Of a stretch of 64,000 nucleotides of DNA, positions 29,301 to 40,898 are shown one piece after another. Numbering within the stretch: the stretch's first letter is position 1; every line of letters starts with the position of its first letter. Location of the stretch: assembly GCA_934636825.1 (NCBI GenBank), contig CAKUBG010000001.1, forward strand, positions 256,080 to 320,079. The letters run 5' to 3'. The position numbers were made by a program, and so were the translations under genes. The notes below the pieces were generated by a model that was not told the DNA's origin, searched no databases, and worked only from the letters and a program-made list of their open reading frames with translations. Origin of the DNA: an uncultured bacterium. GTDB lineage: Bacteria > Vulcanimicrobiota > Xenobia > Xenobiales > Xenobiaceae.

Positions 29301-30590
29301 TTACGATACTTGCGGTACTTGCGGCAATGGTCCTTCAACTCTTTCTATTTGAGCTCCCAAAGCGGTAAGCTTTTGTTCGAGATGCTGATAACCGCGATCA
29401 ATATATTTGACACCGCGTATAATAGTCTCACCTTCGGCCGCTAAACCGGCCAAAACCAAAGCGCCACCGGCTCTAATATCTGGAGCATCCACGGGAGCAC
29501 CAACCAATTTTTCCACACCGCGAATACGTACATGTTTGCCAGAAGCCAGTAGATCAGCACCTAAACGCACTAATTCCATAACATACATAAAGCGACTGTC
29601 AAAAATAGTTTCAGATAAAGCACTCACGCCTTTAGCTAAAGTAAGAGCAGCTACTATTTGCGGATGCAAATCGGTAGGGAAACCTGGATAAGGAGCGGTG
29701 GCTATTTCCAAAGGCAAAATAGGACGACGTCCTTTTACACGCACGAAATGATCGCCAACAATAACTTCCTGGCCGGCTTTTTCCAATTGAGCCAAGAGAG
29801 CGCCACTATATTCGGCGTCAAACTTCTCTATCGTAACATCGCCGCCGGTAATAACAGCACCTAAAAGATAGGTACAACCTTCGATACGATCGGCAATAAT
29901 AGAATGTTTGGCACCGTGCAACTTCTTAACGCCTTCAATTTGTAAAGTCTGAGTACCAATGCCACTAATTTTGGCTCCCATTTTGATAAGAAATTCAGCC
30001 AAGTCGGAAATTTCCGGTTCTCTGGCGCAACCTTCCAAAATGGTAGTACCTTCAGCCATAGTGGCGGCCATCATGGCATTTTTGGTAGCTCCGACACTGA
30101 CAGATTGGAAGAGGATATGAGCTCCTTTCAATCCTTTGGCCTTAGCTTTAACAAATCCACCTTCAACGGTTACTTCAGCGCCTAATTTTTTAAAGGCTTC
30201 AATATGGAAGTTGACAGGACGAGGGCCCAAGCGGCATCCGCCGGGCATACTGACTTCACCTTCTCCGCAACGAGCCAACAAGGGCCCCATTACATCGAAA
30301 GAAGCGTTCATCTTGCGCACCAACTCTTCAGGAGCACGAGTAGTTTTCAAATGTGAAGAGTCAAGATACATACGACCGAGAGCAGCATCGAAATCTACTT
30401 TTACGCCAATTTCACGCAAAATATCGGCCATAACCCTAACATCAGAGATATTGGGAACTCGCTCTAACTCAACTACACCTTGGGCTAAGATAGAAGCTGC
30501 CATAATTGGCAAACAAGCATTCTTAGCTCCGCTGGCCTCCAAAGATCCGACTAAGGGCCTTCCTCCCTTAATAACCAGTCTGCTGGCCAT
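29301..30590 (-). CDS. murA: UDP-N-acetylglucosamine 1-carboxyvinyltransferase
   Basis: 'MASRLVIKGG.PL.G....GAKNA.LPI' and a full-length EPT fold. Starts 3 nt after the atpC stop. Confidence 0.85.
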   Translation of the reverse strand: MASRLVIKGGRPLVGSLEASGAKNACLPIMAASILAQGVVELERVPNISDVRVMADILREIGVKVDFDAALGRMYLDSSHLKTTRAPEELVRKMNASFDVMGPLLARCGEGEVSMPGGCRLGPRPVNFHIEAFKKLGAEVTVEGGFVKAKAKGLKGAHILFQSVSVGATKNAMMAATMAEGTTILEGCAREPEISDLAEFLIKMGAKISGIGTQTLQIEGVKKLHGAKHSIIADRIEGCTYLLGAVITGGDVTIEKFDAEYSGALLAQLEKAGQEVIVGDHFVRVKGRRPILPLEIATAPYPGFPTDLHPQIVAALTLAKGVSALSETIFDSRFMYVMELVRLGADLLASGKHVRIRGVEKLVGAPVDAPDIRAGGALVLAGLAAEGETIIRGVKYIDRGYQHLEQKLTALGAQIERVEGPLPQVPQVS

Positions 30591-30593
30591 AAT

Positions 30594-30965
30594 TTAAACA
30601 CTCGCTTTCAACTTAACTTTGGCCGCATAAAGCAACTCAGCTTCATATCTCTCGTCCAGATCGGCAGGCTTTTCATCCATGCTCAGATCGTCAGGCAAGT
30701 CTTCTTCTCTCCAAACTCTGTCCACTAAAACGCTGACATTATTGTCTTGAACTTGTACGAAGCCACCAGTCGCCGCCAACATTTGCTCATTACCATCTGT
30801 TTTAAAGACGATAAGACCTGGTTGAAGGAGAGCCAAAAGGGGCGCGTGATTAGCCAAAATACACATTTGCCCCTTAACGCCAGCCAAAGAAACTTGGCTA
30901 ACTTCTCCGCTAAAAATACGACTGCTCGGGGTGACAATTTCTAAATGGAATAACAAATCGCTCAT
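30594..30965 (-). CDS. atpC: F1 ATP synthase epsilon subunit
   Basis: Length, position and 'LEIVTP...FSGEV' match epsilon. Confidence 0.8.
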   Translation of the reverse strand: MSDLLFHLEIVTPSSRIFSGEVSQVSLAGVKGQMCILANHAPLLALLQPGLIVFKTDGNEQMLAATGGFVQVQDNNVSVLVDRVWREEDLPDDLSMDEKPADLDERYEAELLYAAKVKLKASV

Positions 30966-30988
30966 AATGGCCTCCCGCCAAAAAGATC

Positions 30989-32452
<1,464 letters not shown>

Positions 32453-32498
32453 CTACAAAGGCGGCCTTCAGCCACCGCGATGCTGCCTAAAAAGCCTA

Positions 32499-33416
32499 CT
32501 AATTGTTAAGCGCTTCAGCACCGCTAGAGATCTCAATAATCTCGGTAGTAATATTATTCTGACGTACACGGTAATACTTCAAGGTGAGCTCTGAAGCCAA
32601 CTTATCGGCATTTTCCGTAGCGTTAGTCATAGCCCTCAAGCGTGAACCGAATTCGGAAGTTTTAGATTCAAAAAGCATTTGAGAAACGATTGCCCGCAAA
32701 TACATGGGGACGACTTTCTCTAGAGCCGAATGGCAATCAGGTTCGAAAGTATAATCGGCGAAACTAGAATTTCGCTTAGTTTCAGTTTTGCTCGAATCAG
32801 CTTTCTTGCCAGAGCCTTTTTTTTCATTGCCCTTTTCTTGAGAGTTGAGAGCGGCCATAGGCAGAAGGAGTTGTTTGGTGGGCTCACACACCAAAGTGCT
32901 TACCGCCTTAGTATAGACTCCCCAAACCTCATCTACTTCGCCATCTAAAAACCACTTAGTTATCATATCTGATAACTCGGCAGCCAAGTCAAAACCGGCT
33001 TCCCACTTCAAATAAGTTTTATTTGGCTCGTAGCCGCCTCTGACCACACCGCGAGCTGCTTTGCCACCTAAGCAAATAAGCTTAGTCGGGCGAAAGGGAA
33101 GCTCGCCGAGCGTCTTGAGCGCAATTTTATTCAGGCTGGAATTATAGCCGCCGCACAGACCATTATCAGCACCGACAACTATTACACCTATATTTTTAAC
33201 TTCACGACTCTCTAACAAAGGATGCTTAGAATCTTGAATTTGCTGCGAAAGCTCACCAATGACCTCTCGCAACTTATCGGCGTAAGGACGGCCCTCGATA
33301 GCCTGAGATTCGACTTTGCGAATCTGCGAACTGGCCACCATCTTCATGGCATTGGTAATTTGACCGATGCTTTTGACGGAGCGAATACGCTGTTTTAATT
33401 CTCTGTCGCTAGCCAT
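32499..33416 (-). CDS. atpG: F1 ATP synthase gamma subunit
   Basis: 'IRSVKSIGQITNAMKMVASS' N-terminal gamma helix. Confidence 0.85.
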   Translation of the reverse strand: MASDRELKQRIRSVKSIGQITNAMKMVASSQIRKVESQAIEGRPYADKLREVIGELSQQIQDSKHPLLESREVKNIGVIVVGADNGLCGGYNSSLNKIALKTLGELPFRPTKLICLGGKAARGVVRGGYEPNKTYLKWEAGFDLAAELSDMITKWFLDGEVDEVWGVYTKAVSTLVCEPTKQLLLPMAALNSQEKGNEKKGSGKKADSSKTETKRNSSFADYTFEPDCHSALEKVVPMYLRAIVSQMLFESKTSEFGSRLRAMTNATENADKLASELTLKYYRVRQNNITTEIIEISSGAEALNN

Positions 33417-33444
33417 GATTCTCCTTGAAAAAAGTTAACTGCGA

Positions 33445-34977
33445 CTACTTAGCCGAAGGTGTGAATCCTTGTTTGAACTCTTTGATGGCTTCAACAAGCT
33501 TATCGGAAGTAGCATCTTCCAGCTTGCCGGTTTCTTTAATAGCGCCCAAAATATCTTTATGGGACGCTTTCATAAACTTCAAAAATTCACTTTCGAAGCG
33601 AGAGACATCAACTAATTCAATATCATCAAGGTATCCCTTAGTTACGGCAAAGATGATTGCCACTTGTAACTCCGCACTCATAGGCACATACTGCCTCTGA
33701 TTGAGAACGGCTGTAACCCTGTCACCTCGAGCCAATTGAGCGCGGCTGACAGCATCAAGTTCGTCGGCACTAAGCTTCGCGTAGGCAGCCAAAGCATGAT
33801 ACTGAGCTAAGTCCATACGCAGAGGGCCGGCTACTTGCTTAACGGCTTTCATTTGAGCAGCGCCACCTACACGAGATACCGAAAGACCCACATCTACAGC
33901 CGGACGAGTACCGGAATAGAACAAATCGGAGTTAAGATAAATCTGACCGTCGGTAATGGAAATTACGTTTGTAGGAATATAAGCAGAAACGTCACCCAAC
34001 TGAGTTTCGATAATAGGCAAAGCAGTCATAGAACCGCCACCCAATTCATCGGATAATTTAGCAGCTCTCTCTAAAAGACGAGAGTGCAAATAGAAGACGT
34101 CGCCGGGATAAGCTTCACGCCCCGGAGGACGACGCAAAAGCAAAGATATTTCGCGGTATGCCTTAGCATGTTTAGAAAGATCATCATAGATGATCAGTAC
34201 ATGCTTGCCGTTATACATCATGTGCTCACCGATAGCGCAACCAGTATAAGGAGCCAAATAAAGCAATGAAGGGGATTCGTTGGCATTAGCCACTACCACA
34301 GCGCACTTATGCATAACGCCTTCGCGCTTTAAAGTTTCCACCAAAGTAGCCACAGAGTTGGCTTTTTGGCCGATAGCTACGTAAATGCAGTAAATATCGG
34401 AATCTTTTTGGTTGATCATAGCGTCGACAGCGATAGCGGTTTTACCTAACTGACGGTCACCAATAATCAATTCGCGTTGTCCACGGCCTACTGGCACCAA
34501 AGCGTCGATAGCTTTTAATCCGGTTTGCATGGGCTCGCCTACAGAGCGGCGCTCAATTACGGTAGGAGCGGTAAACTCGATAGTGCGTTTCTCGGTAGAG
34601 GCGATGGGCCCCAAACCGTCGATAGGCTGTCCTAAGGCGTTTACCACACGACCGAACATGCATTCACCAACTGGAACCTCAGCAATACGATCGGTACGCT
34701 CTACGCGGTCGCCTTCACGGATTTCATCGTCAGGCCCCATGACGATACAGCCGATGCAATCCTCTTCGAGGTTCATGATCATACCGTAAAGACCGTTCGG
34801 GAAGCGCAACAACTCACCGGCGCGGGCATCTTTAAGGCCATATACTGTAGCGATATTGTCGCCTACTTGGATAACAGTTCCGTATGAAGTTTCTTCTACT
34901 TCAGGATTGTATCCGTCTATCTGCTGGCGCAGAATTTCAGATATTTCGTCTGAACGAATTGCCATATTTTCCTCCAA
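33445..34977 (-). CDS. atpA: F1 ATP synthase alpha subunit
   Basis: 'GDRQLGKTA' P-loop; 510 aa. Confidence 0.95.
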   Translation of the reverse strand: MEENMAIRSDEISEILRQQIDGYNPEVEETSYGTVIQVGDNIATVYGLKDARAGELLRFPNGLYGMIMNLEEDCIGCIVMGPDDEIREGDRVERTDRIAEVPVGECMFGRVVNALGQPIDGLGPIASTEKRTIEFTAPTVIERRSVGEPMQTGLKAIDALVPVGRGQRELIIGDRQLGKTAIAVDAMINQKDSDIYCIYVAIGQKANSVATLVETLKREGVMHKCAVVVANANESPSLLYLAPYTGCAIGEHMMYNGKHVLIIYDDLSKHAKAYREISLLLRRPPGREAYPGDVFYLHSRLLERAAKLSDELGGGSMTALPIIETQLGDVSAYIPTNVISITDGQIYLNSDLFYSGTRPAVDVGLSVSRVGGAAQMKAVKQVAGPLRMDLAQYHALAAYAKLSADELDAVSRAQLARGDRVTAVLNQRQYVPMSAELQVAIIFAVTKGYLDDIELVDVSRFESEFLKFMKASHKDILGAIKETGKLEDATSDKLVEAIKEFKQGFTPSAK

Positions 34978-34998
34978 AGAGTTGTGAAAAGCGGAACC

Positions 34999-35544
34999 TT
35001 AGGAACGCTTAGGGGCCATAAGGTTATGAATGTTGCCGAGATGGCGCTTTATGCTGCCGTCATAGAGACATCCGCCGTATTTCACGACCAAACCGCCGAT
35101 AAGCTCAGGGCGAACAACTGTTTGCATCTTAATCTTTTTGCCTGTAATTTTGTTAAGGTGAGTTTCAATGAAGATGCAAAGCTGCATATCCAGCTCGGAA
35201 GCAGACTCAACAGTCACTTCAACTATGCCATTCTCTTCGCAGAATTGCCTTTTAAAACACTCGATAATGTCGTTAAGGCAAGCTTCGCGCCCCTTATCTA
35301 TAAGCACGAATAAGAAATTGAAAGCGCGGACGGAAATTTTATCAGCAAAAACAGCCTGTATAATTTTTTTCTTTATGGGACGAGCTACAGCCGGAGAAAC
35401 CAGACACTGATTCAGTTGAGCGTGTTCAGACAGCTCTTTTTGAATAATGCGCAGCTCTTTAAGCTGCTCTCTTTGCTGCTTCTTGGCACTGGCAGAAGCG
35501 TAAAGGGCAGCGGCGTAGCGTTTGGCCAATGATTCATCAAGCAT
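34999..35544 (-). CDS. atpH: ATP synthase delta (OSCP) subunit
   Basis: 'YAAALYASA' OSCP N-terminus; size and position. Confidence 0.75.
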   Translation of the reverse strand: MLDESLAKRYAAALYASASAKKQQREQLKELRIIQKELSEHAQLNQCLVSPAVARPIKKKIIQAVFADKISVRAFNFLFVLIDKGREACLNDIIECFKRQFCEENGIVEVTVESASELDMQLCIFIETHLNKITGKKIKMQTVVRPELIGGLVVKYGGCLYDGSIKRHLGNIHNLMAPKRS

Positions 35545-36022
35545 GCTCAGCCCTCATCTTTGTCAAGAAATTTTCAATTATGTTCTGAGAGACAGACTCG
35601 TCTAAAGAAGCGCGAATAATCGATTCGGCACGTTCTGTAATTTTGTCGGCCATATGCGACTGGAGCTCGTCTTGTACTTTAGAGCGCAAAGAGGAAGCCT
35701 CATCGTGAGCACTCGACAAAACGGCAGCAGCCTCTTCTTCGGCATGCTCTTGACCTTCGCTGATTATTTGCTCGGCATCAAGCTTAGCTTTAGCTTCAAT
35801 TTCTTCCAACTCAACAGGAAGATTTTGCAACTTAGCATTCCATTCGGCAGCCTGTTTTTGAGCCTGGCATAAAATATCTTCAGCTTCAGATATACGATCT
35901 TGAGCTGATTTGGCGCGATCTTTGGCTACTTGGGCCAAAGTATCGTAAAGTACAAATTTTAAGCCGTAAAGGAGGATGCAAAAGCTCAAAAGACCGGCAA
36001 AGAAATCAAATGAGTTGGTCAT
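35537..36022 (-). CDS. atpF: ATP synthase Fo subunit b
   Basis: Single N-terminal TM helix plus a charged helical tail. Overlaps delta by 8 nt. Confidence 0.7.
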   Translation of the reverse strand: MTNSFDFFAGLLSFCILLYGLKFVLYDTLAQVAKDRAKSAQDRISEAEDILCQAQKQAAEWNAKLQNLPVELEEIEAKAKLDAEQIISEGQEHAEEEAAAVLSSAHDEASSLRSKVQDELQSHMADKITERAESIIRASLDESVSQNIIENFLTKMRAEHA

Positions 36023-36519
36023 TTCACGCTCTCCTTTACAAATTTTTCGACACGCTCGCGCTCGCGACCGCTAGTAAGACCAGAAAGTATGCGCCAAGCA
36101 GCTTCCGAAGCTAACTTGGACACAACCGAATCGAGCTCAGCTTCGACGCGGCAACGCTCTTCTTTAACCGAAGTTTTAGCTTCTTCGATAATAGTCTCGG
36201 ATTCAGCTTTAGCTTTGGTCAAGCGTTCCTGACGAAGATTTTCAGCTTCTTTCTGGGCTGCTTGTACTTGCTCAAGAGCTTTTTTTCTGGCCAGACGGAC
36301 TTTTTCTTCATATTCAGTCTTAGCCTTGATCGTCGTTTCATTCAATTCCTGAGCCCGGCTTACCTTATCAGCAGTTTGCACTTTACGCTCGCGACGAGCT
36401 GCCAACATAGGTTTGTAAAGAATCTGACTCATCAACAGATGGAAAACGTAGAAAAGGAACACCTGAACAACTATCATTAGCGGCTCAGAGCCCATATTCT
36501 TCAACAAGGCGAGGATTAT
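36019..36519 (-). CDS. atpF2: ATP synthase Fo subunit b'
   Basis: A second b-like protein, as in cyanobacterial-type operons. AGGAGG lies 7 nt before the ATG of 'MDIILALL'; the tracked GTG start at 36531 overlaps that RBS. Confidence 0.65.
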   Translation of the reverse strand: MILALLKNMGSEPLMIVVQVFLFYVFHLLMSQILYKPMLAARRERKVQTADKVSRAQELNETTIKAKTEYEEKVRLARKKALEQVQAAQKEAENLRQERLTKAKAESETIIEEAKTSVKEERCRVEAELDSVVSKLASEAAWRILSGLTSGRERERVEKFVKESVK

Positions 36520-36540
36520 GTCCATCGACACCTCCTAAGT

Positions 36541-36705
36541 GAACGCACTCCCGCCTATATAGAGGTGGGGGCTTCCTGCTTCTGCGAAAACGGCGCTGCA
36601 GCTCAAAAGAGCTGCAGCGACTTACGCTCTCTCCACAGGCGTAGATTCCCGTGCGACCCACGGTATTTTCCCGAAATAGGTTCGTCACGCCCGCCTCTAT
36701 CTTCA
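36541..36705 (-). repeat. Conserved ~170-nt structured element, copy A (in the atpE-atpF' spacer)
   Basis: Shares with copy B the cores GTGAACG(C/T)ACTCCCG and TTCCCGTGCGACCCACGGTAT(T/C)TTCC(C/T)GAA. The hairpins show compensatory changes between the copies. Its end abuts the atpF' RBS. Confidence 0.55.
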
Positions 36706-36858
36706 ATGCCCCAAAGCATAGAAGATTTTCAGCGAGATTAGGCTAAAAAGTTTCGAATTGATTGACAGTTTCCAGCATCAAATAAGAATGGAACTTTTTG
36801 CTTTCGCAATGGCGACAATCTATTCAAAAATTCTCACCTTCAAAGGGAACAAAAAAGC

Positions 36859-37224
36859 TTACTTGTTGATAAGCAACAAAGCGATAACCAAAGCATAAAT
36901 GCTTAAGGATTCGATGAAGGCCAAGCTCAAAAGGCACAAGCTCTGAATTTTACCGGAAGCTTCAGGGTTACGAGCTACACCTTCTACGGCCTTGGCGGCA
37001 GCATTGGCCTGACCAAAGCTACCAGCTACAGCGGCTAAGCCCAAAACGAGAGCAGCTGATAAAGCGTAGATAGCGCTGGTGCTCAAGAAATAGGATTCAT
37101 TGCCAGTAGCAGCGGCCGCAGCAGCGGTCTCAGCAGCTTCCTGAGCCAAAGCGGGCATAGAGCAGAAAACTCCCATGGCAAGCATAGATAAAATGCCAAA
37201 CAATTTTCCAACTTTAGAGTACAT
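36859..37224 (-). CDS. atpE: ATP synthase Fo subunit c with a ~35-aa signal-peptide-like N-terminal extension
   Basis: GGAGGT RBS 5 nt before the ATG. C-terminal 80 aa: '[19 protein letters not shown]...[16 protein letters not shown]', a hairpin with the ion-binding Glu. Confidence 0.85.
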   Translation of the reverse strand: MYSKVGKLFGILSMLAMGVFCSMPALAQEAAETAAAAAATGNESYFLSTSAIYALSAALVLGLAAVAGSFGQANAAAKAVEGVARNPEASGKIQSLCLLSLAFIESLSIYALVIALLLINK

Positions 37225-37427
37225 TTTTTACCTCCGAAACAACTTAGAGACAATTTCCTAAATTTCTTCGCACACTTTAACCAGTGCCAGCAAAGCCACA
37301 ACTGGCAGTCCAAAGAATACGATCGCCAACATTTTTCGCAAAAAACGGTGGCGTCCTCTATTGTACCGCTGTTTGAAGAACAGTATAAGTGCGAGCTGCC
37401 TCTAAAAGCTTACCTTTTTATAGACTC

Positions 37428-38444
37428 CTAATGTTCGTCAGCTACTAAGTGGCTGATATAAGACAAAGTCAAGATACAAAATACAAAAGCCTGGATAAAA
37501 CCAGCCAAAGCGCCGATACAAGTAACGAAAAGGGAAACACCCCACATAGTGAAGCTCAAAATTGCGCCTTTAAACTTCACAGCCATACTGGCATCAGCGG
37601 CAAAAATAGAGCGGAAAAACTCTCCACCGACTCCGAGCAAATTGCTCTTAACTTCATGTTCTCCGTGGATATTTCCATAAAGACGGAAAGAGAGCGACAG
37701 CAAACGAGCAACTTCTTCAATGATATTTAAGCCGCAAAAGAGTACAGCCAAAGCGGGAACCAACACATAGCGCATTACTCCGCTAAACTGCTTCCATAAT
37801 TCCGGCACAGGCCCTAAATAGTGTTGCAACCAAACAAAAAAGCCCACAAACAATCCGCGTCCCTCTTCAAAATGAGGAGTAGCGGCCTTTTCTTTGGAAT
37901 CACTATCAGATGCCAAAGCAGACTTCTTTTGAGCAATCTTTTCGGCTTCAAGACGTTCTTGAAGAGGATCACCACAAATTTTTTGCTTCAGACCGTAATA
38001 GGTGAAAGCTATACAGGAGACGATAGCTAAAGCCAAAGTCGTATTGTAAGAGGCGGTGGGAGCCTCAAAAATAAGATGGGAGTGCCCTTCTTCTCCGCCA
38101 AAAAGCACGGCAGGCACAGGCAAAAGGCCGGACCAGTTGCACAAAAGAACGAATAAAAATATGGACATGGCAAAAGGAGCATAACGCTCACCGCGCTCTC
38201 CCATGAAAGAAGAGGCCATATCGTTAACAAATTCGTAGACGTGCTCAAATACAGCTCCCATACCTGTGGAAACAACACCAAGCTGCCGACGTCCTATAAC
38301 AGCTAAAATCAGAGCCGCAACTATTACTAAAATTGTAGAAGCGATTAAAATCTGGTTGCCAAGACTGGCAAATCCAGCAGCCTCAATGGGCGCTGAGGCT
38401 AAAAAAGCGCTCGCTGCAACTCCCCCCAAACAACTCCAGCCCAT
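37428..38444 (-). CDS. atpB: ATP synthase Fo subunit a
   Basis: 'LSLSFRLYGNIHGEH' carries the conserved Arg; multi-TM; 338 aa with an N-terminal extension. Confidence 0.85.
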   Translation of the reverse strand: MGWSCLGGVAASAFLASAPIEAAGFASLGNQILIASTILVIVAALILAVIGRRQLGVVSTGMGAVFEHVYEFVNDMASSFMGERGERYAPFAMSIFLFVLLCNWSGLLPVPAVLFGGEEGHSHLIFEAPTASYNTTLALAIVSCIAFTYYGLKQKICGDPLQERLEAEKIAQKKSALASDSDSKEKAATPHFEEGRGLFVGFFVWLQHYLGPVPELWKQFSGVMRYVLVPALAVLFCGLNIIEEVARLLSLSFRLYGNIHGEHEVKSNLLGVGGEFFRSIFAADASMAVKFKGAILSFTMWGVSLFVTCIGALAGFIQAFVFCILTLSYISHLVADEH

Positions 38445-38491
38445 AATTATTTTTCCTCCTTAGCCCGCCGCGATCCGGTTTGCTTCTGCCT

Positions 38492-38806
38492 TTAAATGAA
38501 AAGGACCACAAAGATAAGCCCAATCGAAACAGCAGTCACGATGCCCAAGCATACGGGCAATACGGGAAATGAAAGGAGCTTAAAGGCTCCATACACGCCT
38601 CCTATAACAACCAGCCAAGGTAAAAAGAACTGTGTTTTGAGGAATGCGCCGTCCATCTTCCCCCAGGAATTATTTAATTCCTTGTCAATCAAAGATTGAA
38701 AAAACTTATTTGACCACCAATACCAAGCTATCCAGTGCAAAATACCGATTACAGAGCCGCCAAGGAAAGCTTTTATATTAAGTGCAGATAAAGTATCCAT
38801 TATCAC
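38492..38806 (-). CDS. atpI: AtpI-like small membrane protein
   Basis: 104 aa, 3-4 TM helices, located immediately upstream of atpB. Confidence 0.45.
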   Translation of the reverse strand: MIMDTLSALNIKAFLGGSVIGILHWIAWYWWSNKFFQSLIDKELNNSWGKMDGAFLKTQFFLPWLVVIGGVYGAFKLLSFPVLPVCLGIVTAVSIGLIFVVLFI

Positions 38807-39666
38807 TTCTGGCCTTTGCTGCCGTCAGCAGGCGATGCTTTAGAGTCACTATTCTCGACTGTTGCCACCGACTGAGTAGCTTGAGTTTTGTCCTTGGCAA
38901 GCGGAACTACCGGCAAAGCTCCCTTAAGGAAGGGCTTCAATACTAACGCTCCTGAGTATAGTCCTAATATAACTCCAAAAATAATAAATGGGTAAGTCAA
39001 CCAAGCTAAACCACTATATTCAACAGCTCGCTGTCCCAACCACCAAAAAGCTAGAATAACAGCGGCCACAGTAAAACCGAAAGAAAAGACTATCCCCAAA
39101 GACTGAGCCATAAGGTTTTTCTCTTTGGGGCGCTCTTGGTAAGCTTTTATACGCTCACGCAAGGCTTCCGGAGAATCAGGCTCCGGACCAGCCACTTCGT
39201 CATTTTGCTTCTGTACAAGCGAAACAGCCTGTATTTCGGCTTTTTTCTCTGGAGCTGCAGCAAAGGTACTCACTTCATATTCATTTTTAGAAGTGCGACG
39301 AGCAGCAATCTCGGAAGCTCCGGAAGCCATCAGATCAAGTTGGGATCTTAAAGACTCTCCAAGTTGTTTATTTTGGATACCGGATAAACTTATGCTGTTC
39401 GGAGCCTTTGTTTCTGTAGTTGCCGCTTGATTGTTTTTAGGCTCTGCTGCTGTCAGCGACTCTGTGGAGCTAAGAGAGCTCGACAATAAAGATTCGCTTT
39501 TATGCTCAGTTTTTTTCAAAGCACTTTGAACCAAACGAGCCAATTCTTCTCGGTCAACTTCAGAATCGAGAGAATCGGCCAAAGAAGGGCCAGAGAAAAT
39601 AGCCTCCAGCTCTTCGACTGACAGTTCTTGATCGTTTAAGCGATTCTTATTTTCATCCATGGCCAC
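38803..39666 (-). CDS. AtpZ-like two-TM protein with a ~190-aa acidic/Ser-rich N-terminal extension
   Basis: C-terminal 'GIVFSFGFTVAAVILAFWWLGQ...GVILGLYSGALVL' resembles the AtpZ/ATPase_gene1 family. It is the first gene of the atp operon. Confidence 0.35.
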   Translation of the reverse strand: MAMDENKNRLNDQELSVEELEAIFSGPSLADSLDSEVDREELARLVQSALKKTEHKSESLLSSSLSSTESLTAAEPKNNQAATTETKAPNSISLSGIQNKQLGESLRSQLDLMASGASEIAARRTSKNEYEVSTFAAAPEKKAEIQAVSLVQKQNDEVAGPEPDSPEALRERIKAYQERPKEKNLMAQSLGIVFSFGFTVAAVILAFWWLGQRAVEYSGLAWLTYPFIIFGVILGLYSGALVLKPFLKGALPVVPLAKDKTQATQSVATVENSDSKASPADGSKGQK

Positions 39667-39678
39667 TATTTTAGCTTT

Positions 39679-40872
39679 TTATTTAGCAGCAAACGGTTCC
39701 GGAGCAGCGAACTCGTTGGGATAGAACTTATGCAAAATAGCTTCAGCAATGCGTTTAGAAGCCAAACCATCACCATAGGGGCTAGAAGTTTTGGCCATGC
39801 GCTCGTGCACATCGTCGTGTTCCAAAATGTCAGAAGCTAAAGCAAAAACTTTATCTTCATCACAACCAGCCAAAACGGCATTCCCCGATTCGATACCTTC
39901 CGGACGCTCGGTAGTTTCTCTCAATACAACTACAGGCACACCTAAGGAAGGAGCTTCTTCTTGAATGCCTCCAGAATCGGTCATAATTAAGTATGCCGAA
40001 CGCATTAAACGCAATAAATTTGTATAGGGCATAGGTTCTAAAAGGTGGACTCTAGGCAAACCTTGTAAAGCAGGGCAAACAACTTCACGCACTTTAGGAT
40101 TGGGGTGAACACTGAAAACTAACTCAATATCATCGAATTTTTCAGTTAAACGACGTAAGGCGCGGCAAATCTGGGCCATAGGCTGCCCCAAGTTTTCTCT
40201 TCTGTGAGTTTCGACTAAGACCATACGTCTACCAGAATTGGCTACAAAGTCCAAAGGATCGACTTTAGCCGCACTCACTTCCTCTTTGCAGGAAGCCACG
40301 GATTTCAAATCGGTGGGCACTCCCTCCGGCAAACCGGCAACAATAAGTTTAAGGGCGTCGGCTACAGTATTTCCAGTAATATAAGTATCCTTAAAAACCA
40401 AACCCTCTTGAGCTAAGTTATTGTAAGCCCACTTTGTGGGAGGAAATTGCATTTCAGCTAAACGAGAAAGCAAACGCCTATTCATTTCCTCAGGGAAGGG
40501 ATCATAAATTTTATCTGTACGCAAGCCAGCTTCAATGTGGCCAACGGGAATTTTCTGATAAAAAGCAGCCAAACCAGCTACAAAAGCGGTAGAAGTGTCG
40601 CCTTGCACTAAAACAATATCGGGGCGTTTCTCAAGTAAAACTGGCTCTAAACCTTGCAAAACACGTACGGTAATGCCAGTCAGAGTCTGATTGGCCTTCA
40701 TAGTATTTAAATCTACATCAGGTTCAATGTGGAAAAGATCCAAAACTTGATCCAAAATTTCTCGGTGCTGAGCGGTAACTACGGTAGTAACCTTAAACTT
40801 GGGATTAGCTTTAAGCTCTAAAACTACCGGAGCCATCTTGATAGCTTCCGGGCGAGTGCCGAAAACAACCAT
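39679..40872 (-). CDS. wecB: UDP-N-acetylglucosamine 2-epimerase (non-hydrolysing)
   Basis: 'VVFGTRPEAIKMAPV', 'HIEAGLRT', 'DSGGIQEEAPSLGVPVVVLR'. Start taken at the internal Met (MVVFGTRPE), which avoids the 43-nt overlap. Confidence 0.85.
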   Translation of the reverse strand: MVVFGTRPEAIKMAPVVLELKANPKFKVTTVVTAQHREILDQVLDLFHIEPDVDLNTMKANQTLTGITVRVLQGLEPVLLEKRPDIVLVQGDTSTAFVAGLAAFYQKIPVGHIEAGLRTDKIYDPFPEEMNRRLLSRLAEMQFPPTKWAYNNLAQEGLVFKDTYITGNTVADALKLIVAGLPEGVPTDLKSVASCKEEVSAAKVDPLDFVANSGRRMVLVETHRRENLGQPMAQICRALRRLTEKFDDIELVFSVHPNPKVREVVCPALQGLPRVHLLEPMPYTNLLRLMRSAYLIMTDSGGIQEEAPSLGVPVVVLRETTERPEGIESGNAVLAGCDEDKVFALASDILEHDDVHERMAKTSSPYGDGLASKRIAEAILHKFYPNEFAAPEPFAAK

Positions 40873-40898
40873 AACGTGAATTAAATTTTGCACTTTAA

